A DNA stretch of 64,000 nt from Candidatus Algichlamydia australiensis (GTDB lineage: Bacteria; Chlamydiota; Chlamydiia; Chlamydiales; JAJFMI01), in contig JAXCHI010000003.1 in the NCBI GenBank assembly GCA_033977065.1, positions 608,001 to 672,000 of the forward strand, written 5' to 3'. Position 1 is the stretch's first letter. Each line of letters begins with the position of its first letter. The notes under the pieces were generated by a model. The model was not told where the DNA came from. It saw only the letters and a list, made by a program, of their open reading frames with translations, and did not search any database. A program made the translations under genes and the position numbers. Below, in pieces: positions 8,353 through 17,616 of this stretch.

Positions 8353-11300
8353 ACTCTTCTGGTACAGAGTAGTCACGCCAGAGATTTTCTCTCTCTTCCG
8401 TGATCTTATCATATTCATGGAAGCTATGAATAATCTGAGGTTTGACAAACATAATAACATTACTTTTTGAAATGTTTGAATCTTTATTTTGAAAGGCTAC
8501 TCCAACAATAGGCAGACCCCCTAAACAGGGAATACTTTGACGACTGCGTACTGTAGAATTAGTCATACTACCACTAAGTACGAGAAAATGTCTATCGGGA
8601 ACTGCTACAGTTGTTGTCGTAGTATTTTTTGAAGTCGCAATCCCAGTGGCAACAGTTGTAAGGTCAGAGCTTCCTCCCGATGATCCAGCATCACTTGCAT
8701 CTTCAATCTGCGCAGTAATTTCTTCATCGATCTGGAGAGTAACAATATCATCTTCGCCTAAAGTTGGGGTGATGCTTAGAGTGATTCCAATGTCGATATA
8801 CTCAATGTTACTTGTCGTCAAGGTTGAAGCGCCAGCGTTAGTGACAAGTGAGCCGGAAAAGGGGAGGTTGACGCCAGTGAAGAGTGTAGAGTTTTTCCCA
8901 TCTTGTGTAATGATTTGTTGCGTTAGTATGATGGTGGTATCGCCATCCTCTTTAAGAGCATTCACAAGTGAGCCAAGAGCAAAGTAGCTCTGTCCTTTGT
9001 GCATGATAATATCGCCAATGACGCCTAAGTCCCAGCCACCTAAGAAAGGAATATCTTGACCTGTTGGCGTGTCAGAGGCGGAAGTTGCAGCTAAATTTTT
9101 ATTAAAATCCGCAGCGGGATCGCCTCCAGCGTCGGTTCCACCAAGTGAGGGAAAACTGCCTGTTGCATACCCGAGTTTATTGCGGTACTTGCCTTGAGAC
9201 CCCCAACGCAGACCTAGGCTCAAATCGTTTTGCAAAGTGGTTTGTACAACAAGAACTTCAATAAATACTTGGCGCAAGGGAGAGTCTAAACTCTTGAGCA
9301 GCTCTTTAAGTTTTGCAAGAACTTGAGGTTTTCCTGTTCCAATCAATGAGTTTGTAATCTCAAGCCACTGTATGGAATTAATCGCCTCAATAAGATCGGT
9401 CGCATTTGAGGAGGGGACACTTGCGGGTTTTGCAGTCGGGCTTGTCAGCTTAGACGTTTGGGTCTCTTGCAAATCAGTGGCCACTTTTTTAAGTGCAATC
9501 TCAATTTGGTCACCGCGATGATACTGCAATTTGTAGATTAAGAAGCTGACATCATCAATTGTTTCAATCTCTGTTTCACCAGCAATTGGTATATCAAAGC
9601 GAGCAAGAAGTGTTTCGACTTCTTGGATAGCACTTTGCGTTCCTGAGATGAGGATGCTGCAGGTCTTTTCCATCCACTTCAAGCTGTTGATCGCATCGAA
9701 GAGCTGCTTTTGGTTTACGCCAGCCTGCACAAGGTTTTTTTCAAAATCGCGCAGAGTTTCAATAAGATTTTCGCCATGTTGGAATTTAGGCGTGTAGAGA
9801 ACATACCCTTCTGGCCCGGCAAATCCTGTTGTAGCAAGGGCGGGATTGTCAAATTTTTCAATCAGCCTCTGTACCTTTTCAAGTGTAGGTTCTGGCCCTG
9901 TAAAGACAAGGGATTTAGAATCCTGTACGTAGCGCATGCGGTTGATTGTTTCAATTAACTGCTGATCAGGGTCAGCGCTACGCTCTAAATCTCTGGAGAT
10001 GGTTTCTAAGGAAGCCATTAGCTGTTCTACGGTCACATAGCGTGGCTGGTAAACAAAGAAAGTGGACTTGCCAATTTTTTGAATTGCAGCGCCAAGGACG
10101 GGAGTATCAAATTTATGTAGCAATGTCTCGAGCTTTTCAAGCGTTGGTTCGGGACCTGTAAAGATGATCGACTTAGTCTCTTCAACATAGCGCATCGTTT
10201 TGATCGACTGGACAAGACCTTCGTCGGGTCTACCGCTATCGGCAATTTGAGCTCCAATAGCGCGCAGAGAGCGCATGAGCTGATCGGCAGAGAGGTTGAC
10301 AGGAGTATAGACAAGGAAGGTTACAGGACCGAGTTTATGAATCATCTCCTCCCGCTCTTTTGGAACATCTACTTCTGCAAGAAGCTCTTTAATTTTTTCA
10401 ATTGTGTCTGTGTTTCCAGTAAAAACCAGAGAATTGCTTGAAGATTCAAAGCGCATCGACTTGATCGCATTCAAAAGTCCAGGATCAGCGAGGTTGGCCC
10501 TTTTTAAGTCCTCTGCGATATGGTTCAAATTTCTCTGAATTTGTTTAGGCGGCTTGAACTTTGGCTTGTAGAGATAAAAATGGGAGGCGACACCAGTTTG
10601 CGCAACATCAAAGTCGATGAGGGACATTACCTCTTTTACGCGCAAAAGAGCGGTCTCTGTTCCAGTGAAAACTAGCGCATTATTTTTGGGTTCCCATTTA
10701 ACGCTCTCCAAAGCGTAGAGCATGCTGGGATCTGCAAGCTCTGAATCTTTTAAATCGTCTGCAAGTTGGTCGATTGCTTCAAGAAGAACCTTGCCTGGGC
10801 GGTGTTGAGGGTTATAAATTAAGAATTCATTTGCTTCGCCCGCTTTTTCTCGTACTGCTTGCTCAATTGAAGGGGCATCAATCGTAGGCAGCAGATTTTT
10901 TAGCTGCGTCAAAGCAGCCTCATCTCCCATGAAGAGAATGATGCCCGCTTTCTTATTGACCTGCATATTTTTCAAAGTGAAAAGCAGATCGATTTCAACA
11001 ATGCGAGAATTTTTTAGGTTATCAGCTACGCGCTCTAAACCTTTTTCTACTTCCTTTACGCTTTTGTACTTGGGTCTGTAGACGAAGACAGAAATTGTAG
11101 GTTTTCCAGCACTGTCAAGTGTTTTTAAAAGATCTTCAATTTTTTTGAGCGCCTCTTGGTCACCTACAAAAAGGAAGGAGTTGCTCTCATCGATGTACTT
11201 CATCGATTTGACCGCATTGACAAGACCAATATCTTCTTGTCCTTCTACTTGGAAGGATTTAGAGATTTTTTTTAGCGCAGCATCTATGACAAAGGGGCCT

Positions 11301-11941
11301 TTGTACTGCAACTTGTAAAGAAAAATGTTTTGATTGTTAATGGTATCCAAGCTTTGCAGCAGCTCTTCCACTTTTTTTACATTTGCCGTGTTGTCTGTGA
11401 CAATCAAGTGACTTGTCTCTTCAGACGGCTCTACAATTGCTGTAGCCGATAGCATTGGCTTGAGAAGAAGGGATAGACGTGTTGGGGAGTTACTGTGAAT
11501 GCGAAAAACGCGCGTTGCCATCGGTAGGGGATAGGGGCCTTCGTAAGGAATTTCTTCCGAAACAACCGTGGCAATCTGTTTTACGGCAGGGTTTTTATGA
11601 AGGATGATATTGGGGCCTTGCTCCATCATCTCAAAGCCTTGAATGCGCAAGACCTGAATGAGGGCTGCCATGATATTTGAGAGAGACGTTGGCTCTTCGG
11701 AGGTAATCGTTACATTAAAGTTCATCTCGGCTTCATCGTAGATAAAGTTCGTGTCAGAGATTTGCGTGATGAATTTTAAAAACTCCAAAATGGAAACATC
11801 TTGGAAATTGATGGTATAGCCTGGCTGCTCATTAGCGATGAGGATACCTGCTGGAGGTGTTTTCTCTTTTGCTCCTAACGATATGAAAGGAAGTAGTAGT
11901 AAGAGGCTAAGACGAATTAGTTTATTATATTTTATGCCCAT
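8306..11941 (-). CDS. sctC: T3SS outer-membrane secretin CdsC/SctC
   Basis: Signal peptide, N0 domain (INFQDVSILEFLKF), repeated N domains, secretin domain (QVFIEVLVV, IPCLGGLPIVG, FVKPQII); same strand and downstream of pkn5 as in chlamydial clusters. Confidence 0.88.
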   Translation of the reverse strand: MGIKYNKLIRLSLLLLLPFISLGAKEKTPPAGILIANEQPGYTINFQDVSILEFLKFITQISDTNFIYDEAEMNFNVTITSEEPTSLSNIMAALIQVLRIQGFEMMEQGPNIILHKNPAVKQIATVVSEEIPYEGPYPLPMATRVFRIHSNSPTRLSLLLKPMLSATAIVEPSEETSHLIVTDNTANVKKVEELLQSLDTINNQNIFLYKLQYKGPFVIDAALKKISKSFQVEGQEDIGLVNAVKSMKYIDESNSFLFVGDQEALKKIEDLLKTLDSAGKPTISVFVYRPKYKSVKEVEKGLERVADNLKNSRIVEIDLLFTLKNMQVNKKAGIILFMGDEAALTQLKNLLPTIDAPSIEQAVREKAGEANEFLIYNPQHRPGKVLLEAIDQLADDLKDSELADPSMLYALESVKWEPKNNALVFTGTETALLRVKEVMSLIDFDVAQTGVASHFYLYKPKFKPPKQIQRNLNHIAEDLKRANLADPGLLNAIKSMRFESSSNSLVFTGNTDTIEKIKELLAEVDVPKEREEMIHKLGPVTFLVYTPVNLSADQLMRSLRAIGAQIADSGRPDEGLVQSIKTMRYVEETKSIIFTGPEPTLEKLETLLHKFDTPVLGAAIQKIGKSTFFVYQPRYVTVEQLMASLETISRDLERSADPDQQLIETINRMRYVQDSKSLVFTGPEPTLEKVQRLIEKFDNPALATTGFAGPEGYVLYTPKFQHGENLIETLRDFEKNLVQAGVNQKQLFDAINSLKWMEKTCSILISGTQSAIQEVETLLARFDIPIAGETEIETIDDVSFLIYKLQYHRGDQIEIALKKVATDLQETQTSKLTSPTAKPASVPSSNATDLIEAINSIQWLEITNSLIGTGKPQVLAKLKELLKSLDSPLRQVFIEVLVVQTTLQNDLSLGLRWGSQGKYRNKLGYATGSFPSLGGTDAGGDPAADFNKNLAATSASDTPTGQDIPFLGGWDLGVIGDIIMHKGQSYFALGSLVNALKEDGDTTIILTQQIITQDGKNSTLFTGVNLPFSGSLVTNAGASTLTTSNIEYIDIGITLSITPTLGEDDIVTLQIDEEITAQIEDASDAGSSGGSSDLTTVATGIATSKNTTTTTVAVPDRHFLVLSGSMTNSTVRSRQSIPCLGGLPIVGVAFQNKDSNISKSNVIMFVKPQIIHSFHEYDKITEERENLWRDYSVPEEFDQAIDLIKTPEDLD

Positions 11942-12093
11942 TCGCAGGCGATACTCACAGATGATTTTCTCTCAAATCTATAAGAGTCAATTTATTTTTG
12001 CAATGTTAACATTCAACTTACTGCCTCTTTCTTGCAAGTGACTCTTTTTTCTATTGGGTTTACAATCATATGTATTAAAGAGTGAGGCGAAAG

Positions 12094-13251
12094 ATGCAGT
12101 CAGTAAATTCTATATCAGTTCATAAGCAGTATACTACAACCGTACAAAGGGGTATCGATGCGATCGCAAACCTAGATTTTTACAGAGCTCGCCGTTTTTT
12201 TGAGTTAGCTGATGAGCTGTGTCCAGAGAAACGGGAACATCGAAAGCTCTATTTAAGGGCACTAAGAATTTTACGTAAGGATAAAACTCAAAAATTCATC
12301 AACGGCCCAAAAAGCACCCCCGATTTAAAAAGAGCGGATCGCTTACTTCGGCAAGTCGAGGGTAAAGATCTGAAAGAAAATAGGGAAAAAATTCTTCTTC
12401 TTGGAGAGTGCGGGTTTACATTTACCCTTGCACTTATCAAAAAGCATCCGAATCTTGCCAAAAAAATAATTGCTACTGAATTACTTACCCATGACGAGAT
12501 ATCTCAAAAGATGGACGAATACATTGATCGAAATTGGGGATCTAATTCAATAGAAAAGGATGAATTAGAGGGTAAATGTGCGCAGGTAGAAAGACGCTTG
12601 TGGTACATAAAAAAGCAGGGAGTAGATGTTCGGTATGGTGTCGATGCAACACAAATTCATGAAAAGTTTGCCGAATACAATATAGAAAGCATTCACTGGA
12701 ATTGCCCATTTGGAGACCCATGTAAAAGAGAGGAATTTTTTCCTGTATTGCCTGCATTTTTTCAATCTGCTGCTAAGATTCAAAAAATTGGAGGGCGCAT
12801 TTATATAGGTCTTGATCAAAACGAGGGGTATTGGCAGACTCGCCAAGTGGAATATCCCTTGTTACCTGCAGCAGCGCTTGCTGGATATCGGCTGGTTCGC
12901 AAAAGAGATTTTGGAAAGAATCGCTATTTTGGATACCACTTTCAAAAGACGGGCTCTTATGATGATAATACCCGAGCAAAAACGGGTCGCCAATTTGTTT
13001 TTGAAAAGGTAGAGGAACCAACAGAAGAGAGTAGAGAAATGATAGGCGCTGTGATTCGTGATTATGATGGCAGTGAGCTTTTGTGCAAAGATCTGGAAAA
13101 AATTGAGCTTGTAGAGCAAAAAATTATTGGAATGATGGATCCAAATGAAAAAAGATATGAAGTAGGATTTGGGTGTGAAGCAGAAGACAAGGGAGGAGAA
13201 TACGCCGCCTTCCACTACGTTTGTAGCACCGATGGAGACTCATCTTGTTAA
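12094..13251 (+). CDS. DUF2431/BMT5-like Rossmann-fold methyltransferase domain protein
   Basis: ILLLGECGFTFTLAL, IIATE, GVDAT, IHWNCPF, FFQSA...GGRIYIGL, RYFGY follow the DUF2431 motif order. Confidence 0.7.
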   Translation: MQSVNSISVHKQYTTTVQRGIDAIANLDFYRARRFFELADELCPEKREHRKLYLRALRILRKDKTQKFINGPKSTPDLKRADRLLRQVEGKDLKENREKILLLGECGFTFTLALIKKHPNLAKKIIATELLTHDEISQKMDEYIDRNWGSNSIEKDELEGKCAQVERRLWYIKKQGVDVRYGVDATQIHEKFAEYNIESIHWNCPFGDPCKREEFFPVLPAFFQSAAKIQKIGGRIYIGLDQNEGYWQTRQVEYPLLPAAALAGYRLVRKRDFGKNRYFGYHFQKTGSYDDNTRAKTGRQFVFEKVEEPTEESREMIGAVIRDYDGSELLCKDLEKIELVEQKIIGMMDPNEKRYEVGFGCEAEDKGGEYAAFHYVCSTDGDSSC

Positions 13252-13309
13252 CAAAAATACCAACCGACTGATTTGTTAAAGAAGGCAAAATTTTGGCTGC
13301 AACACCTCT

Positions 13310-14992
13310 TTACAGTATGCTCCAGTGATTATTTTCACGATCACTTGCTGGCATATGACCAATGATGTAGGTGCTAACGCTGTCTCTTTCATCGCTCGGC
13401 CAGGCGCGGTGAACACAAAGCTCCCAGCCTTTTTGTCCTGTTCCTGTGTTATCTTTAGCAAGGGAAATGGTGAATTTATTTCCGGTTCCCACTCTTTTCA
13501 GCTTCCAGTAGCTATTCGTGGAGGGATTTTTACAAAAACTTGCATATGTTGACACTTGGCTTCTGTTTGGTCCCTTGCCTGGTTTGTCACCTCGAATAAG
13601 TGATAGACCCCACCCAGTTTGATTCGTATCCCTGTCAAGTTTATGGTACCTTTCGTCGAATGTAAGAATAATTTGGTAAGTCTCTCCATTGTCCCGAGTA
13701 ACAAGGAATAGCGTATTGTTATGCAAATACTTTTTATGAGCAGATGCATACACAGAGTTGCGATTTCTAAAATCATTTCGTTTTGGATGCTCTCTTGTAG
13801 GATAATAGGCATGCGCAGAAAGTTCGTATCCTTCCCAACTTGAGTTTGTAGAAACAATTTTATAGACCCTTTGAGGTGTAAAAAGAGTTTTTGGTAGCTT
13901 GTCTAAGGCATAGATTTGTTTTTTTAGGTTTTTTGCATGTTGACTACTAAAAACTTGTCCTGCTGCAGCACGTTTTTGTTCAACAATATCGATGAGATCC
14001 TCTACTGTTTCTTCATCTAGATGAGAGTTTTCTGAGCATGCACTTTCAAAAGAAGTTACAATTTGTGTAATCAGTTCGTTCACACTGCTTTCGATACATG
14101 ATGGGAAGGCGTTTATCACGTTTACAATGTGCTGTCTTTGGAGGCGAAGTTCTCTCTCATGAAAATATCGTTCAAGCCAACCTATTGTCAACCCAAGTGC
14201 GTTTACAAGGCCTGCCGTGTATCTCACCTCCTCTCTGTTTTTTATTGCTATCTCTACAAGCTTATCAATTGTTTCGTGGATAGGGCGAAGAACTCTAGCC
14301 GTATTTTGAATCTCAACATTGCAATCAGAGTATTCTGCCCTTAAAAGCTCCCATGAAGTTCCATTAGCCTGGTTTTCAATATTTGGGTAATGGGGTAGAT
14401 CGTAATCACGGAATATGCAATCAATATTGCCATCAAAGGGATACGAAGTTTTTGCGATTTTAGCTTTGCAGTCTCTTAAGTGCTTCCACGTGCTTGTCAT
14501 TACGCTACGTAATCGACGATTGAAGTGATGGTTTTCTTTTGTCTCTTCGATCAAGGCCCAGCAGCCTCTTCTGTTTTCATTAATCAAGTCTTCTAAAGCG
14601 CCTGAATCTACAATTGGAGGGAAATGATTGCAAAGTTCGTGTTTTTGCGACTTGTCGGGTAGATCGGGTTTATCTACAGTTCGAATTTGCGTCTCCAACC
14701 CTCTAGGTTCTATTCCAGTTAACCCTGCTCTTTGGCAGAGATAAACAACTCGATTTTGGATATCAATTACTCTTTGAGAGGCTGCTTCTAAGTACTCTCG
14801 ATTTGACCGAACTCTTTCATAAAGTTGTCTAAGAGCGTATCTTTCTGGATTGAAAACATGATAGGAAAAAGTGTCATAGGTTGCATACTTGTTTTCACTG
14901 CCTTTCCCTAACATTGCATTGGGATTGACGCCACCTAAAGGTACGTCACCGCTGTAAAAAGAGTTTTTCTCAAATTTTGATGGGATACTCAC
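13310..14992 (-). CDS. Hypothetical protein: helical N-terminus plus C-terminal three-fold repeat (beta-trefoil-like)
   Basis: 560-aa ORF; AGGAGG RBS; GTGA overlap with the upstream gene; three G[WY]xL[SC]...RxxxS[TV]Y repeats. Confidence 0.8.
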   Translation of the reverse strand: MSIPSKFEKNSFYSGDVPLGGVNPNAMLGKGSENKYATYDTFSYHVFNPERYALRQLYERVRSNREYLEAASQRVIDIQNRVVYLCQRAGLTGIEPRGLETQIRTVDKPDLPDKSQKHELCNHFPPIVDSGALEDLINENRRGCWALIEETKENHHFNRRLRSVMTSTWKHLRDCKAKIAKTSYPFDGNIDCIFRDYDLPHYPNIENQANGTSWELLRAEYSDCNVEIQNTARVLRPIHETIDKLVEIAIKNREEVRYTAGLVNALGLTIGWLERYFHERELRLQRQHIVNVINAFPSCIESSVNELITQIVTSFESACSENSHLDEETVEDLIDIVEQKRAAAGQVFSSQHAKNLKKQIYALDKLPKTLFTPQRVYKIVSTNSSWEGYELSAHAYYPTREHPKRNDFRNRNSVYASAHKKYLHNNTLFLVTRDNGETYQIILTFDERYHKLDRDTNQTGWGLSLIRGDKPGKGPNRSQVSTYASFCKNPSTNSYWKLKRVGTGNKFTISLAKDNTGTGQKGWELCVHRAWPSDERDSVSTYIIGHMPASDRENNHWSIL

Positions 14993-17457
14993 GCTTTTCC
15001 TCCTGTTATTTGAAACTTTGCTCTACCTTCATGAATAGCGAGGAGAGCGGGATTAGGATTTAATCTCAAACGAGAGGCGATTTCATACCGAGCTGCCTCT
15101 TTCGAAAGGTTTTGATGAAGTGCAAAAAGCTCTTCTAATTCAAGGGTGTGAGCTAGTTGGCCTTTAGAGACTTCGTTAGAGTTAGGGAGAGGGATCTCTT
15201 TATCACGAACTTGTAACTTCCATTTTTTCTCGTCGCCAACGACAGAAAAGTGGTTGCCTAGTGTTTTTTTGAGCGCTTCAGGTTCTGGATGAGCCCACGA
15301 GGTCATATATTCTAAACGTGCTTCTGGTGTTCTGCTAAATTGGTAGATAACTAGATTGTGGACAATCAGAGGGTGTCTGATAAAAATCTCTTCAAGAGAG
15401 CTTGGCTTTTTAAATAAATCTTCTGAAAGTTTTGGAAGCAAGAGATGACCTGATAGTAGATTTTGCTGCGCAATAGCTAGGCCTACAAAATCCAATGCTC
15501 CTTTAAGCATCTCGTAGCCTTTTCCATTAAGTGTTTTGAGGTTATCAAACTCTTCAATGCTATATAAAGTATTACTTTCGGGATCTTTATAGAGCTCGAG
15601 CAGGTAGTGGAATTTTTCAGCAACTTGGGCCCATGTCTTTAAAGCTTTAATAAAGAAGAGTTTGTCGACTAACTCAAGAGGCGTTCCGTGGAAAGTAGCT
15701 CTTTGTGTGATAGAAAGAATTTGTTTGGAAAAGTTTTCAGGTTCCTGGACCTGTGATAACGCTTCAATTTCTTTTCCGGTAGTACATACATTCACCAGCA
15801 TCGCAATAAGCTTAGAGGTGCTATTTTGATCAAATTTATCTTGTATGTATTCAATTAAGAGGGGAAAGTCATGGGCCTTTTCTGCCTGCTCTGCACTTTC
15901 AATTAGGTGAAGAGCAGAAGCACGTGTATCGTGAGCGCCCATAAAATTATAACGAACTTTTGCAAGTCCTGAGCCTAGTGCGCTTGAAGTGTTTAAGAAT
16001 TCCCGGGCTTTTTCAAGGCTTTGAAAACGATTTTGATCGGGAATATATCCGTAGTGATTTGGATTTTTTAGGAGATCTTCTAATGCATCTTTGGATGTAT
16101 GGGCTCTTTCCCATAGGAGTGCATTTATCCCTTCAGAATAGCGAATAAAGAATTGCGTATGTATCGAGAGTGCACGCATTACAAAAGCGTGATTTTCCAT
16201 CTCGCTTTTTCTTAATTCGTTGACACTTTCTAAAATATGAGATTGGTTCTCAAAGAGGTTTTGAAAATTTGATCGATTTTCTTGCCGCATTTCGGAAAGG
16301 TACTGACCCATGGCCCTCTGATTTGCCAGGATTTGTTGCTGGTTCTGCCCGAGTGCTCCAAAGCCTTCTGAAATTTGCTGAGAAATTTGATTGAAGGCAT
16401 CCATGATCATCGCATGTCTTTGTGCTGCAGGATCTTCTTGTTGGCGTCCGAAGAGAGCGCAGATTCCAAGTAAGGATTGAGCTGCTTGCATGTAGCCCAT
16501 AGCATTTACGCCGCTAGTTCCTGTTGCTGAAGCAATACCCATACCTGCTTGGGCTAATAGCATTCCAGCTTGTAACCCTTTTTGAACGCGTCTTGGAACT
16601 TTGATTCCAAAAGTTTGAGCCGCAATCAGTGTTGTTTTGATTGCTTCTGCTGTGATTTCAAGATTGTTTTGAATGTTTTGGCGAGTCTCTTCGTTGATTT
16701 TCTGTTCAACTATTTTTTTCCTTATGGCCTGAAGTTTTTCTTTTTCACTGAGATTGCTCTCTTTTACTTTATTGATTTCTTTTTTAAGAGCTTCGTGCTG
16801 ACCTTTCAGGCTTTCCATGCTAGAACTAACATCTGCTAATGCGTTTGCAATGTTTGCTGCATTCTCCTTCTCTCCGTTAAATGCATCGGAGCATTTTCTA
16901 ACACTTTCGTTAAACGTGACAGAGTTTGGTCCTGAGCTAGGGAGAGAATTCTCATCGAGATTCGCATGTTCAATAATGCGTTCCGCTATCTTCTTAGTCG
17001 TTGGGTTAGCCTCTTCGAGGTCGACTAGGTTTTGATCTTTTAAGAATTGCAATCGATCTTTCGGTTCTAAGCCACAAAAATTTTGATAAAATTCAGGGTT
17101 TTGGTTTTTAAGAGCTCTAGTTGTGCCGGCAAAGGCGTTTTGCATATCGAAAATTAGTTTTGTATCTATGTTGCTTTGTAGCTGTGAAAATAGATCGTTT
17201 GCAAATGGCATAGATAAAGCAATTGGAATTTGCCAGGGATTTGGTATTACGGATCCAGCATAGAAAGCGGCACTTCCAGTTCCAATTCCTAAACTCTTAA
17301 GTTTGTGGAGAGCATAAGCACCCATCACATCATTGCACTCTCTTTGGTAGGCCTTGTCATTTTCGCTGTTCCACAAATTGGAGGGGTGAGAAGATGCTGT
17401 AGATCCCATCTTCCTATAATATTCTTCAAAAGTACTGTGGGGAACTTTATGTGCCAT
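14989..17457 (-). CDS. Hypothetical coiled-coil protein with Gly/Ala-rich hydrophobic hairpin
   Basis: 822-aa ORF with AAGGAGG RBS; heptad-rich segments flank AGMLLAQAGMGIASATG...AAQSLLGICALFG. Confidence 0.85.
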   Translation of the reverse strand: MAHKVPHSTFEEYYRKMGSTASSHPSNLWNSENDKAYQRECNDVMGAYALHKLKSLGIGTGSAAFYAGSVIPNPWQIPIALSMPFANDLFSQLQSNIDTKLIFDMQNAFAGTTRALKNQNPEFYQNFCGLEPKDRLQFLKDQNLVDLEEANPTTKKIAERIIEHANLDENSLPSSGPNSVTFNESVRKCSDAFNGEKENAANIANALADVSSSMESLKGQHEALKKEINKVKESNLSEKEKLQAIRKKIVEQKINEETRQNIQNNLEITAEAIKTTLIAAQTFGIKVPRRVQKGLQAGMLLAQAGMGIASATGTSGVNAMGYMQAAQSLLGICALFGRQQEDPAAQRHAMIMDAFNQISQQISEGFGALGQNQQQILANQRAMGQYLSEMRQENRSNFQNLFENQSHILESVNELRKSEMENHAFVMRALSIHTQFFIRYSEGINALLWERAHTSKDALEDLLKNPNHYGYIPDQNRFQSLEKAREFLNTSSALGSGLAKVRYNFMGAHDTRASALHLIESAEQAEKAHDFPLLIEYIQDKFDQNSTSKLIAMLVNVCTTGKEIEALSQVQEPENFSKQILSITQRATFHGTPLELVDKLFFIKALKTWAQVAEKFHYLLELYKDPESNTLYSIEEFDNLKTLNGKGYEMLKGALDFVGLAIAQQNLLSGHLLLPKLSEDLFKKPSSLEEIFIRHPLIVHNLVIYQFSRTPEARLEYMTSWAHPEPEALKKTLGNHFSVVGDEKKWKLQVRDKEIPLPNSNEVSKGQLAHTLELEELFALHQNLSKEAARYEIASRLRLNPNPALLAIHEGRAKFQITGGKA

Positions 17458-17616
17458 ATGAACCTCCTTTAAGTAAAAACTTGGCTAGAGTCTCTTTTGT
17501 TTAAGTTTTTTTGTCAAGATGTTAAGATTTTGTGCAGATAAAGGTTGCCGAAAAACTATAACCAGATCTAACATTCGATACAGATTTTAGTTTTAATTAA
17601 CTTTTGGAGGAAAAGT

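Noticed and set aside
8306..11941. T2SS secretin GspD
   Set aside because: No gspE/F/pseudopilin neighbours; orientation and position follow the T3SS cluster
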